In this document: piece after piece, positions 49,693 to 58,584 of the stretch | How the letters are laid out: each line of letters begins with the position of its first letter | Numbering within the stretch: position 1 is the stretch's first letter | Origin: Candidatus Pelagibacter ubique HIMB058 | GTDB lineage: Bacteria > Pseudomonadota > Alphaproteobacteria > Pelagibacterales > Pelagibacteraceae | Direction: 5' to 3' | Assembly: GCA_000419545.1 (NCBI GenBank) | Contig: ATTF01000002.1 | Location: 4,093 to 68,092, forward strand | Length of the DNA: 64,000 bases | The notes under the pieces: model-generated | Database searches by the model: none | Told to the model about the DNA's origin: nothing | Seen by the model: the letters and a program-made list of their open reading frames with translations, nothing else | Made by a program: the position numbers and the translations under genes

Positions 49693-50552
49693 GTAAAATA
49701 AAAAAAAAGGGATTAGGCCGAGGATTATCTGCTTTATTTGGAGATGAAAAATTTGAACCAAAAGAAAAAATTAATTTAACCTCAAGCACTAAAGCTCTAA
49801 TAGGTGATTTGACAAGAAACCCCTTTCAACCAAGACAAATTTTTAATGAAGAAAAACTTGAAGAATTGGTCAATTCTATAAAGAAAAATGGAGTAATTCA
49901 GCCTATAGCAGTTAGACCTGATAAATCTAATGAGGGCAAATATCAAATAGTAGCTGGAGAAAGAAGGTGGTTAGCGGCACAAAAAGCAGGTCTGCATGAA
50001 ATACCAATTGTTATTTTAAATCTTGATGATAATGAAAGTCTAGAGGTTGCTATCGTTGAAAATATACAACGAGACGATTTAAATCCAATAGAAGAAGCAA
50101 AAGCTTACGAAAGATTAAATAAAGAATTTAATTATGATCATGAAAAAATTGCCAGGTTCATGTCTAAAAGCAGAAGTCATGTAAGCAATACTTTAAGACT
50201 ATTAACTTTACCCTCTGATGTGAGAGCAATGATTGAGGAAGGGTTAATTACAGCAGGACAAGCTAGACCGTTAGTAGGTGTAGCTAACGCAACTAATATT
50301 GCAGAACAGATAGTTTCAAAAAAACTTAGCGCTAGAAGTGTTGAAAGTTTAGTAAGAACAAATAAAGGGCCACAAAAAGCAGGTCAGATAAGAGTTGATG
50401 CTAATGTATTAGAGGAGCAAAGACAAATGGAAGAAAATTTAGGAATGAAAGTTGATATTATTAATAAGAAAAATAATTCTGGAAGATTAACAATAAATTA
50501 TAAAAATTTAGAACAATTTGAGCTTATTTCAAAACTTCTTAAGCAGCGTTAG
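49689..50552 (+). CDS. parB: Chromosome partitioning protein ParB
   Basis: KGLGRGLSALF, the arginine patch IVAGERRW, and an HTH region. Confidence 0.92.
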   Translation: MSKIKKKGLGRGLSALFGDEKFEPKEKINLTSSTKALIGDLTRNPFQPRQIFNEEKLEELVNSIKKNGVIQPIAVRPDKSNEGKYQIVAGERRWLAAQKAGLHEIPIVILNLDDNESLEVAIVENIQRDDLNPIEEAKAYERLNKEFNYDHEKIARFMSKSRSHVSNTLRLLTLPSDVRAMIEEGLITAGQARPLVGVANATNIAEQIVSKKLSARSVESLVRTNKGPQKAGQIRVDANVLEEQRQMEENLGMKVDIINKKNNSGRLTINYKNLEQFELISKLLKQR

Positions 50553-51519
50553 CCAAATTACAAATATCAATTAAAAGTTTTTTAAAAATAGTTTCGTTTT
50601 TTAGATTAGAGTTTGATTTAATTTTAATCTCAACATCATAAATTTTGGCAATCGCAAGATTTAATTTTTTTTTATTCCATATCTTTGATTGTTGTAAAAA
50701 GATAGGCTTATCTTTCCAAAAAATGGGTGGCTTTAAGTTATCAATTGCATCAGGATAATTTTTATCATCTAGTTCTTTCAATCTGCTTAGTCTTTGATTT
50801 ATCGAAGCTATGTAGAAGGGCATTCTTTCTTTTTCTAAAATATCACTGTTCAATAGTTCGTTAGTTTTTAAATTTTCCCCTGATAAACTTGCATCTCTTA
50901 GTAAATTAAAATCCTCTTCTTCTTTTAAATTTAATAATTTTTGTAATTGATTTAATTTTATCTGCCTATCGGTAAAAAAAGTTTTTATTTTTAAAATTTC
51001 ATTGTTAAGTTTATTTCTATCGTTACCACTATTTTCGTGAATCATGTTTATTACCTGAGTAGTTAATCCTGAATATTCTCTAAGAGATTTCGTTATTATG
51101 TTTTTAATAGTTAAGTCATTATCCTTGTAACAAGGTATTATTATTTTGTCTTTATCCTTTTCAAATAAGTATCTTAATTTTGATTTTTTTTCCAATTCTC
51201 TTGCAAAGAAAAAAACTTTAGTACTTATTTTTTTTATTGAGATGTTTTCAATAAATTTAAAAATTTTTTCTGATGTTTCTAGAATTAAAATAATTTTTTT
51301 TTCACCGAATAAGGAAGTATTATAAACTTCATTATAAAATAAGTTTTCATTTTTTAAAATTTCATCTTGGGTAAAATTTAAGATAGTACAATCTTTATGG
51401 TGTTCTCTTATTTTAAATCTGAAATCGTTTACTAAACCTATATTCTCTCCATAAATTAAAGTTAGGTTTTGTTTTAAATTTTCTATCTTATTCTCTATTT
51501 GATAACTCTTATAGATCAT
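50539..51519 (-). CDS. holA: DNA polymerase III delta subunit
   Basis: 326 aa in the conserved leuS-lptE-holA order, convergent with parB. Sequence similarity is judged weakly by eye. Confidence 0.65.
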   Translation of the reverse strand: MIYKSYQIENKIENLKQNLTLIYGENIGLVNDFRFKIREHHKDCTILNFTQDEILKNENLFYNEVYNTSLFGEKKIILILETSEKIFKFIENISIKKISTKVFFFARELEKKSKLRYLFEKDKDKIIIPCYKDNDLTIKNIITKSLREYSGLTTQVINMIHENSGNDRNKLNNEILKIKTFFTDRQIKLNQLQKLLNLKEEEDFNLLRDASLSGENLKTNELLNSDILEKERMPFYIASINQRLSRLKELDDKNYPDAIDNLKPPIFWKDKPIFLQQSKIWNKKKLNLAIAKIYDVEIKIKSNSNLKNETIFKKLLIDICNLANAA

Positions 51520-51973
51520 TTAACTTAAGTGATAGATTTTGAATAATTTCATCTGATAAATCGTTTACTAAAGTATTTATTAAACTTTTTTCATTGTTTA
51601 AAGTATCAGAATACTTTTTAGATATGTTGTAGTCACCTTTTTCTATTACTGTAAAGTTATTAAAATCATTTTCAGATATTTTTTTGAATTCTACATTTGA
51701 TGTAATAATAATTTCATATTTTGTAATTTCATTTCCTATATTTTTTTCTTTAATATTCTTTTCTTTTTTTGTGCTTATATTTATCAATATTAAGTTATCG
51801 TTTCCTTTTTTTGAGCTATTTAAAATTTTATTTTTTAATTTATAATTAATTCTTTTGTCTCCATTAGTATTAATTTCGGAAATATTGTAGTTATTTTGTA
51901 AGTTAGCTAATTTAAAACCACAGCTCGAAATTAACATCATGGAAATAAACAATAATATAATTTTTAGCTTCAT
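51509..51973 (-). CDS. lptE: LPS-assembly lipoprotein LptE
   Basis: Lipobox LISSCGF, followed by the KLAN pattern typical of LptE; immediately downstream of leuS. Confidence 0.6.
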   Translation of the reverse strand: MKLKIILLFISMMLISSCGFKLANLQNNYNISEINTNGDKRINYKLKNKILNSSKKGNDNLILINISTKKEKNIKEKNIGNEITKYEIIITSNVEFKKISENDFNNFTVIEKGDYNISKKYSDTLNNEKSLINTLVNDLSDEIIQNLSLKLNDL

Positions 51974-54480
51974 TATTTAATAATATAATTAATTATTTTG
52001 TCTTTTACAAAGATCGTCTTAAAGATCTTTTTATTTTGCAAAAATTTATTTGTTTTAGAATTAGTAAGCACAATGTTATTAATCTCATCCTTATCAGAAT
52101 TTTTCTTAATAGTAATGACATCCCTGGTTTTGCCATTAATCTGGATGGCAAATTTAATTTTCTCCGTCACGTTTCCTTTAATTATTGGCCATTTATCAAT
52201 TTCTTTACATTTTAATATCTCTAAGCATTCATGAGCCAAGTGCGGAGTAAAAGGAATAAGGAGTTGCATAATTTTAGTCAAATTTGTTTTTAAACACTCA
52301 TTGCTTATCTCATTATTTAAATTTTTGTTGAATAAATTAAAGGTTTCGTAAAAGTGTGCTATGCTTACATTAAACCTAAATTCTTCTATAGTTTTGTCTA
52401 TTTTGCTTATCAAGTGATCTATTTGTGAATTAAATTCATCATCAAGTTTTTTATTATTGTTTTTACTTTTTCTGTCTAAAATAATTTTGTTTAAATTCCA
52501 TAATTTTTGTAAAAATTTATTTGATGAAACGACCCCTGCATCTGACCATTGCACATCTTTTTCTGGAGGACTGTCAGAAAGCATGAACCATCTGACCGCA
52601 TCAGCACCATATTGATCAATCATTGTTTCAGGATCAATTGTATTTTTTTTTGATTTAGACATTGATTCAGGCGGTCCAACAGTCACCAATTGTTTATCTT
52701 GTTTTTTAATTACTTTATCTTTAGAAATTCTTTCTACCTCTTCAGGGTAAAGCCAATTTCCATCACAATCTTTATAAGACTCGTGACAAACCATTCCCTG
52801 CGTAAAAAGATTTAAAAATGGTTCTGATAAATTCAGATTTTTGTTAATTTTATTAATCCCCTTAGTAAAAAAACGAGAGTATAATAAGTGTAATATTGCA
52901 TGTTCAATACCACCTATGTATTGATCTACCGGCATCCAATATTTAATTTTTTCTTTATCAAAAGGAGAAAGTTTGTAATTAGGTGAACAAAATCTCAAAA
53001 AATACCAAGAAGAGTCAACAAATGTATCAAGGGTATCAGTTTCTCGAACTGCTTTTTTACCAGTTTTTTTTTGAGTAGTATACTTCCAAGTGGGATGAGC
53101 ATCTAAAGGATTCCCTTGAGAATTTAAGTCTACATCTTTTGGTAAAGTAACAGGCAATTCATCTTTTTCAACTGGAACCACAGTGCCATCACTTAAATGA
53201 ATCATAGGTATTGGACATCCCCAATACCTTTGTCTAGAAATACCCCAATCTTTCAATCTAAACAAAGTTTTTCTTTTACCAATTCTTTTTTTTTCTATTT
53301 CACTAATAATTTTATTTTTTCCCTCAACAATATCTAATTGATTAAGAAAACCTGAATTAATTAATTTTCCATTCCCTGTATAAGCTTCGTTAAGTTCATT
53401 ATTAGAACCATCTGAGACAACTTTAATAATTTCAAGATTATATTTTTTTGCAAATTCAAAATCCCTTTGATCATGCGCAGGGCAACCAAAGATAGCTCCT
53501 GTTCCGTAATCCATTAGTACAAAATTTGCAAAAAAAACTGGTATTTTTTTATCAGCAATAAAAGGATGCTGAGCAAATAAATTAGTATTGAAACCTAATT
53601 TTTCAGCATTAGCTAATGCTTCCTCAGTTGTTCCGGTTTTATTACATTCTGATTTAAACTTTTTAAATAATTCATTATCTGAGAAAAATCTATTTAAAGG
53701 GTGGTCTCCAGATAAAGCAATAAAGCTAGCACCAAAAAGAGTGTCCGGGCGAGTAGTAAAAACTTTTATCGTTTCTGATTTGTCAATGATATTAAAATCT
53801 ATCTCACAACCGTAAGATTTTCCTATCCAATTTTTTTGCATCAATTTAACTTTTTCTGGCCATCCTTTAAGTTGATTTAAATCTTCCAATAAATTATCGG
53901 CGAATTTGGTAATATTGAAAAACCATTGGGAAAGTTTTTTTCTTTCAACTATTGCATTAGATCTCCAGCCTCTACCATTTATAACTTGCTCATTTGCTAA
54001 CACAGTTTTTTCAATAGGGTCCCAATTCACATAAGTTTCTTTTCGAGAAACTAAACCATTATTATAAAAATCAATAAAAAGTTCTTGCTGATGTTTGTAG
54101 TAGTTTTCTTCGCAAGTAGAGATTTCCTGGTCCCAGTCAATTGATAATCCCAGTAATTTTAGTTGAGCTTTCATAGTTTGGATGTTTTTATTAGTCCACT
54201 CACTAGGATGAAGATTATTTTGTTTCGAGGCATTTTCTGCAGGAAGCCCAAACGCATCCCATCCCATTGGATGTAACACATTAAAACCTTTAAGATATTT
54301 AAAGCGAGCTATTACATCACCTATTGTATAATTTCTTACATGACCCATATGAATTTTGCCTGATGGGTACGGAAACATTTCTAAACAGTAAAATTTTTTA
54401 CCTTTTTTATTTGTAAGTTTTTTTTTGGAAAAATATTCTTGCCATTTTTTTTCAATTACTTGAAAATTTAATCTTTCCAT
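51973..54480 (-). CDS. leuS: Leucine--tRNA ligase
   Basis: HIGH motif ([15 protein letters not shown]), KMSKS motif (SMSKSKKN), and CP1 editing domain. Confidence 0.95.
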   Translation of the reverse strand: MERLNFQVIEKKWQEYFSKKKLTNKKGKKFYCLEMFPYPSGKIHMGHVRNYTIGDVIARFKYLKGFNVLHPMGWDAFGLPAENASKQNNLHPSEWTNKNIQTMKAQLKLLGLSIDWDQEISTCEENYYKHQQELFIDFYNNGLVSRKETYVNWDPIEKTVLANEQVINGRGWRSNAIVERKKLSQWFFNITKFADNLLEDLNQLKGWPEKVKLMQKNWIGKSYGCEIDFNIIDKSETIKVFTTRPDTLFGASFIALSGDHPLNRFFSDNELFKKFKSECNKTGTTEEALANAEKLGFNTNLFAQHPFIADKKIPVFFANFVLMDYGTGAIFGCPAHDQRDFEFAKKYNLEIIKVVSDGSNNELNEAYTGNGKLINSGFLNQLDIVEGKNKIISEIEKKRIGKRKTLFRLKDWGISRQRYWGCPIPMIHLSDGTVVPVEKDELPVTLPKDVDLNSQGNPLDAHPTWKYTTQKKTGKKAVRETDTLDTFVDSSWYFLRFCSPNYKLSPFDKEKIKYWMPVDQYIGGIEHAILHLLYSRFFTKGINKINKNLNLSEPFLNLFTQGMVCHESYKDCDGNWLYPEEVERISKDKVIKKQDKQLVTVGPPESMSKSKKNTIDPETMIDQYGADAVRWFMLSDSPPEKDVQWSDAGVVSSNKFLQKLWNLNKIILDRKSKNNNKKLDDEFNSQIDHLISKIDKTIEEFRFNVSIAHFYETFNLFNKNLNNEISNECLKTNLTKIMQLLIPFTPHLAHECLEILKCKEIDKWPIIKGNVTEKIKFAIQINGKTRDVITIKKNSDKDEINNIVLTNSKTNKFLQNKKIFKTIFVKDKIINYIIK

Positions 54481-54485
54481 AAAAA

Positions 54486-54992
54486 CTAATCTTTTTCTTT
54501 ATCGGATTTTTCAAGTAAAGCTGCTTTACGAAGAATTGTTGAACGAAGTTCATTTTTTATAAGATTACTATCAGAAATTAAAGTTTGACAGTTTGATTTG
54601 GAGTCGCAAATCTTTTTATGAACTATAATTTTTAAACTATCAGATCTAATTTCATTAGATAGAAATCTTACTGTTAATTTTACAGATTCATCGTTTCCAT
54701 CTTCAGAATACCAATCAGTTATAATAATACCACCGGAATAATCTACAGTTGTGAGTGGAAGAAAATCTAAAGTTTCTAAAGAAGCTCTCCACATAGGGTT
54801 TGAAGTACTAAATTCATAATTTGTCCCCCCCCTTTTTAATAAATTACCTAAAGCTCCACCTCCCTCTTCAATATTTTTTTTTCTTTTATCTTCAGCTGTA
54901 AGAGGTCTGTTAGGATCTAATTCTTTCCCATTTTTACATGAAGTAAACGCTAAGGTTAAAAGTAAGATTAATACTAGTCTAAAATTCTTCAT
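54486..54992 (-). CDS. Lipoprotein, DUF3576-like
   Basis: Lipobox [36 protein letters not shown] resembles the DUF3576 family commonly found next to leuS in alphaproteobacteria. Confidence 0.55.
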   Translation of the reverse strand: MKNFRLVLILLLTLAFTSCKNGKELDPNRPLTAEDKRKKNIEEGGGALGNLLKRGGTNYEFSTSNPMWRASLETLDFLPLTTVDYSGGIIITDWYSEDGNDESVKLTVRFLSNEIRSDSLKIIVHKKICDSKSNCQTLISDSNLIKNELRSTILRKAALLEKSDKEKD

Positions 54993-55031
54993 TTTTTGAA
55001 ATTTTTGTAAAAACTATTTCTAGAAATATTC

Positions 55032-55050
55032 ATATTTCATTATGAAATAT
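55032..55050. promoter_or_regulatory. Perfect 19-bp palindrome ATATTTCAT-T-ATGAAATAT in a divergent promoter region
   Basis: Exact 9-bp arms around a single central T. It lies 40 bp upstream of the DUF3576 start and 169 bp upstream of the porin start. Confidence 0.3.
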
Positions 55051-55175
55051 TGTAAAATGCTAATATTTGCCAAAATAGAAGCAATAAGTGTGATATTAAT
55101 ACAACAGTAAGCAAAAAAGCGCATAGAACCAAGGAAATAAGATGATTAATCTAATAAATTCATTAATTTACCTTC

Positions 55176-55193
55176 AAATTGTAATTACAATTT
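55176..55193. promoter_or_regulatory. Perfect 18-bp palindrome AAATTGTAATTACAATTT immediately upstream of the porin RBS
   Basis: Exact 9+9 inverted repeat ending 25 nt before ATG 55219. It could be an operator or a 5'-UTR hairpin. Confidence 0.3.
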
Positions 55194-55218
55194 AATTAAA
55201 CATAACAAAGGAAACACA

Positions 55219-56268
55219 ATGAAAAAAATATCTAAAATATTAGTAGGTATTCTATTTTCTGCATTAGTTATTGCTCCATCTTACGCAGGTGAGTTAACAG
55301 TAACTGGTGGTGCGACAGCAACATACACAACAAATGGTGATGATGCAGCTGCAGGTAAGAATGTAGGTATCTCTAACGAAGTAAACTTATCAGCAAGTGG
55401 TGAGTTAGATAACGGTTACACTTGGAACTACAGTGTTGAATTAGACGGTGATAATACAGCTAATGATGATACTGCATTAACAATTGGAACTGACATGGGT
55501 ACGGTAGGATTCTTCGTAACAGAAGGTGGACTATCAACTGAATTAAGTGGTGTAGGTGCATTAGGTACAGGTTTTGACTATGCTTCTCCAGCATCATTCC
55601 AAACAGGATATGACGTAAGCTCATACTCAAACATTCAGTACCACACTCCAGCAGATCTTTTACCATACGGTATTGGAATTAAAGTTGGTTACGTTCCTAA
55701 CATGAGCGCAACAACTCAACTTTCTGCTAAAGAGTCTGACACAACATTAACAACACAAGCTGAAGGAAGAACACTTCAAATGGCTCAGGTATCAGCATCT
55801 CCAATTGATGGTTTATCAATCAAAGGTGACGTTGCAGTAACTGACTCAGAAGGTGGTGACGCTAACGGTGACGATGGTGTAGCTGCTAACGTAGGTGGTA
55901 AGTACACTTTTGGTCAAGTATCAGTAGGATACGTTGAAGGTGGATACCAACCAGCTACTGGTTCGGATGCAGACGACGAAACTATTTACTATGAAAATAA
56001 ATTTTATGGTATTCAGTTCGACGTAAATGATGCAGTATCAGTATCTTACAACGTAGATGAGTCAATCAAAAATACTAGAGTAGCAGTAGCTGACACAGCT
56101 TCTGCAGGTACTAAAACTACAGTAGCTATGGAGCAAGAAACTCTTCAATTAGCTTACACTGTAGGTGGTGCTACAATCGGTATTGCTGACATTGAAGTAA
56201 CAAACTCTGATTACACAGCTGGTAAAGCTGAAACTCAGACAGTTGTTTCATTAGGAATTTCTTTCTAA
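55219..56268 (+). CDS. Outer-membrane porin (probable major OMP)
   Basis: Signal peptide ending SYA-GE, alternating beta-strand pattern, rich in Gly/Thr/Asp, no Cys, and a C-terminal VVSLGISF beta-barrel signature. GC is elevated and a strong terminator follows. Confidence 0.65.
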   Translation: MKKISKILVGILFSALVIAPSYAGELTVTGGATATYTTNGDDAAAGKNVGISNEVNLSASGELDNGYTWNYSVELDGDNTANDDTALTIGTDMGTVGFFVTEGGLSTELSGVGALGTGFDYASPASFQTGYDVSSYSNIQYHTPADLLPYGIGIKVGYVPNMSATTQLSAKESDTTLTTQAEGRTLQMAQVSASPIDGLSIKGDVAVTDSEGGDANGDDGVAANVGGKYTFGQVSVGYVEGGYQPATGSDADDETIYYENKFYGIQFDVNDAVSVSYNVDESIKNTRVAVADTASAGTKTTVAMEQETLQLAYTVGGATIGIADIEVTNSDYTAGKAETQTVVSLGISF

Positions 56269-56285
56269 TTAAGAAATACTTAAAT

Positions 56286-56858
56286 TTAAAGAAGCCGGCT
56301 AAATATTTTAGCCGGCTTTTTTTTTATCTCCGACATTAAAGCAACACCTCTACATTTTATTTGATTTAGTTTATTAATATTATTTGAATTTATCCCCCCA
56401 AAAGGAATTAAATCTTTATTAATTTTTAAAAAGTTATTGAATTTTATAACTCCAACAAATGGCGCGTCTTTATCGTAATCAACTAAAAATAATTTAGAAA
56501 ATAAAATAACCTCACATCCTTGCTTAGATTTCATATAAAATTCTTTTTGAGAGTGCGCTGATCCGATTATATGAAAACCTGTTTTTTTTTGTGATAAGGG
56601 CCTGAATGATTTGTTATATGATGACAAATAAATACCATCTGACTTTAACCAAATTGCAAGATCTAAGTTATTGGCAATAAAAAAATCTATTGATTTTAAT
56701 TTACAACTTTTTCTAAATTTTTTTAAATCTTCCTTTTTATCTAGTTTTTTTTTATTTCTATAAATAATTGCAAATTTATTATGTTTTTTTATGTTGTTTA
56801 AGTTAATATCTTTTATATTTTCTATAATTAAATAATATTTTTTCTTTTGGATAAACAT
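56286..56858 (-). CDS. Thiamine-phosphate synthase family (ThiE/TenI-like) protein
   Basis: SDGIYLSS, IIGSAHSQKE and PFGGINSNNI parallel the ThiE/TenI motifs GVHLG, GxSxHxxxE and AIGGI. I set the start at ATG 56858; the ORF track opens at 56924. Confidence 0.5.
   Translation of the reverse strand: MFIQKKKYYLIIENIKDINLNNIKKHNKFAIIYRNKKKLDKKEDLKKFRKSCKLKSIDFFIANNLDLAIWLKSDGIYLSSYNKSFRPLSQKKTGFHIIGSAHSQKEFYMKSKQGCEVILFSKLFLVDYDKDAPFVGVIKFNNFLKINKDLIPFGGINSNNINKLNQIKCRGVALMSEIKKKPAKIFSRLL
56293..56325 (+). terminator. Rho-independent terminator of the porin gene
   Basis: AGCCGGCT-AAATATTTT-AGCCGGCT stem-loop followed by a T run extending to 56325. Confidence 0.8.
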
Positions 56859-57509
56859 GTGAATACAATAATAGAAAGATTTGATAAAATAAAATTGAAT
56901 ATTGCAAAAACTAAACCAGCACAAAATGTAAATGTTATTGCAGTAAGCAAAACATTTTCAATAGAACATATTAAACCTTTAATCGATTACGGTCATTCAC
57001 ATTTTGGAGAAAATAAGGTTCAAGAGGCCACATCTAAGTGGTCAAAAATAAAAAAAAAGAACGATAATTTGAAGTTGCACATGATAGGCAAACTTCAGAC
57101 AAATAAGGCTAAAGATGCCGTGAAGTTATTTGATTATGTTCATTCTCTTGACAGTAAAAAATTAGCAGACGCTCTTGCCAAACATCAAATAAGTTTAAAA
57201 AAAAATCTAAAGTATTTTATTCAGGTTAATATTGGAAACGAAATACAAAAATCCGGAATACCTGTTGGAGAGTTAGATCCATTTTACTATTATTGTAAGA
57301 ATGAAATTAATTTAAATATTAAAGGACTTATGGTTATTCCTCCAAATGATAACAATTCCGAAAAATATTTTAAATCCCTAAATCAGTTAAGTAAGTCTCT
57401 TGCCTTACAAGATCTTAGTATGGGAATGTCGGCTGATTACATAGAAGCTGTTAAACACGGCGCTACATTCATAAGAGTGGGAAGTTCTATATTTGGGAAG
57501 AGATCTTAA
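56847..57509 (+). CDS. yggS: YggS-family pyridoxal-phosphate homeostasis protein
   Basis: VIAVSKT (PLP lysine), FGENKVQE, HMIGKLQTNK, and MGMSADY...IRVGSSIFG. The start is either TTG 56847 or GTG 56859. Confidence 0.85.
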   Translation: MDKHVNTIIERFDKIKLNIAKTKPAQNVNVIAVSKTFSIEHIKPLIDYGHSHFGENKVQEATSKWSKIKKKNDNLKLHMIGKLQTNKAKDAVKLFDYVHSLDSKKLADALAKHQISLKKNLKYFIQVNIGNEIQKSGIPVGELDPFYYYCKNEINLNIKGLMVIPPNDNNSEKYFKSLNQLSKSLALQDLSMGMSADYIEAVKHGATFIRVGSSIFGKRS

Positions 57510-57984
57510 CTTTTGTATTTGGATTTATCTCTTTAATAAGTCTTATTAAATTTATCTTTTTTATAGCTACACATCCTTCAGTTTTTTTATAATTATTCTT
57601 TGAGACATGAATAAATATAGCGCTACCTTTATTTTTTTTGATAGGACTCATATTGTAACTAAGGACTAAAATAATATCGTAGATGTTCTCTTTTCTATAA
57701 AGCTTCTCATGTTTATGAGCAAAAGGTAATTTAACAAGTTTATTATAATGTCTTGATTTAGGATCATTACACCAACCCATATTTTTTTTTATAACCTTTT
57801 TTTTTAATTTTGTTAAAATTTTAACTCTATCTTTTCTATATAAAATAAACTTTATTCTGAATTGACCACTTGGGGTAATTAAATCACCTTCTTTTCTTTT
57901 ATAGCCTATTCCCTTTTTACCTATTGCACATTTTATTTTTAGTTTATTATAAGTGAGATAATTTTTATTTATTAATATATGCAT
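57487..57984 (-). CDS. L,D-transpeptidase catalytic-domain (YkuD-like) family protein
   Basis: KEGDLITPSGQF and SAIFIHVSKNNYKKTEGCVAI match the H-x(n)-[ST]-x-GC active-site pattern. ATG 57984 is preferred over TTG 57987. Confidence 0.6.
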   Translation of the reverse strand: MHILINKNYLTYNKLKIKCAIGKKGIGYKRKEGDLITPSGQFRIKFILYRKDRVKILTKLKKKVIKKNMGWCNDPKSRHYNKLVKLPFAHKHEKLYRKENIYDIILVLSYNMSPIKKNKGSAIFIHVSKNNYKKTEGCVAIKKINLIRLIKEINPNTKVKISSQI

Positions 57985-58584
57985 CAAATAAGAGTTTTAA
58001 TTTTAGGACCTACTTCATTTACAACCACTTTAAATGAACTAAAACCTTTTTTAAAGTTCAATTCTGTGAAAGAAAAAAACCCTTCAGATTTTGAAGTTAT
58101 TTTATTTCATGAGGAAGCTTTAAAAGACAAAGATGACAATGAAATTATTGCCAATAGTAATTGTTTAAAAATTTACAGTTCAAATAATAAAAATTCATCT
58201 AATAATTTTGATGCTTTCCTAAAAATACCCTCATCCTTGAAAGAAATTAATATCACTATTGAAAATGTTGTAGCAAAAAAAGCATTTAGTAGAAATTCAT
58301 CAATAGAAATAAAAAAATATTTATTAAATAAAAATGAAAAAAAATTATCCAAAAATGAAAACGAGATTATCCTTACAGAGAAAGAAATACAGTTATTAGA
58401 ATTATTTTTAAATAGTAAAAAACCTATCACAAAAGATAAAATACTTTCATCTGTTTGGAACTATTCATCGAATGCTGATACTCATACTGTTGAGACTCAT
58501 ATTTATAGGTTAAGAAAAAAAATAAACGATAAATTTTCAGATGAAAACTTTATAGTTAACACCAAAGATGGTTATTCTTTGTGA
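57979..58584 (+). CDS. OmpR/PhoB-type winged-helix transcriptional regulator with a degenerate (apparently Asp-less) receiver-like N-terminal domain
   Basis: The C-terminus LTEKEIQLLELFLNSKKPITKDKILSSVWNYSSNADTHTVETHIYRLRKKI....I.T..GYSL is a Trans_reg_C signature. The N-terminus has a receiver-like beta pattern (RVLILG, VILFHEE, KIYSS, FLKIP) without the acidic residues. Confidence 0.65.
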   Translation: MHQIRVLILGPTSFTTTLNELKPFLKFNSVKEKNPSDFEVILFHEEALKDKDDNEIIANSNCLKIYSSNNKNSSNNFDAFLKIPSSLKEINITIENVVAKKAFSRNSSIEIKKYLLNKNEKKLSKNENEIILTEKEIQLLELFLNSKKPITKDKILSSVWNYSSNADTHTVETHIYRLRKKINDKFSDENFIVNTKDGYSL

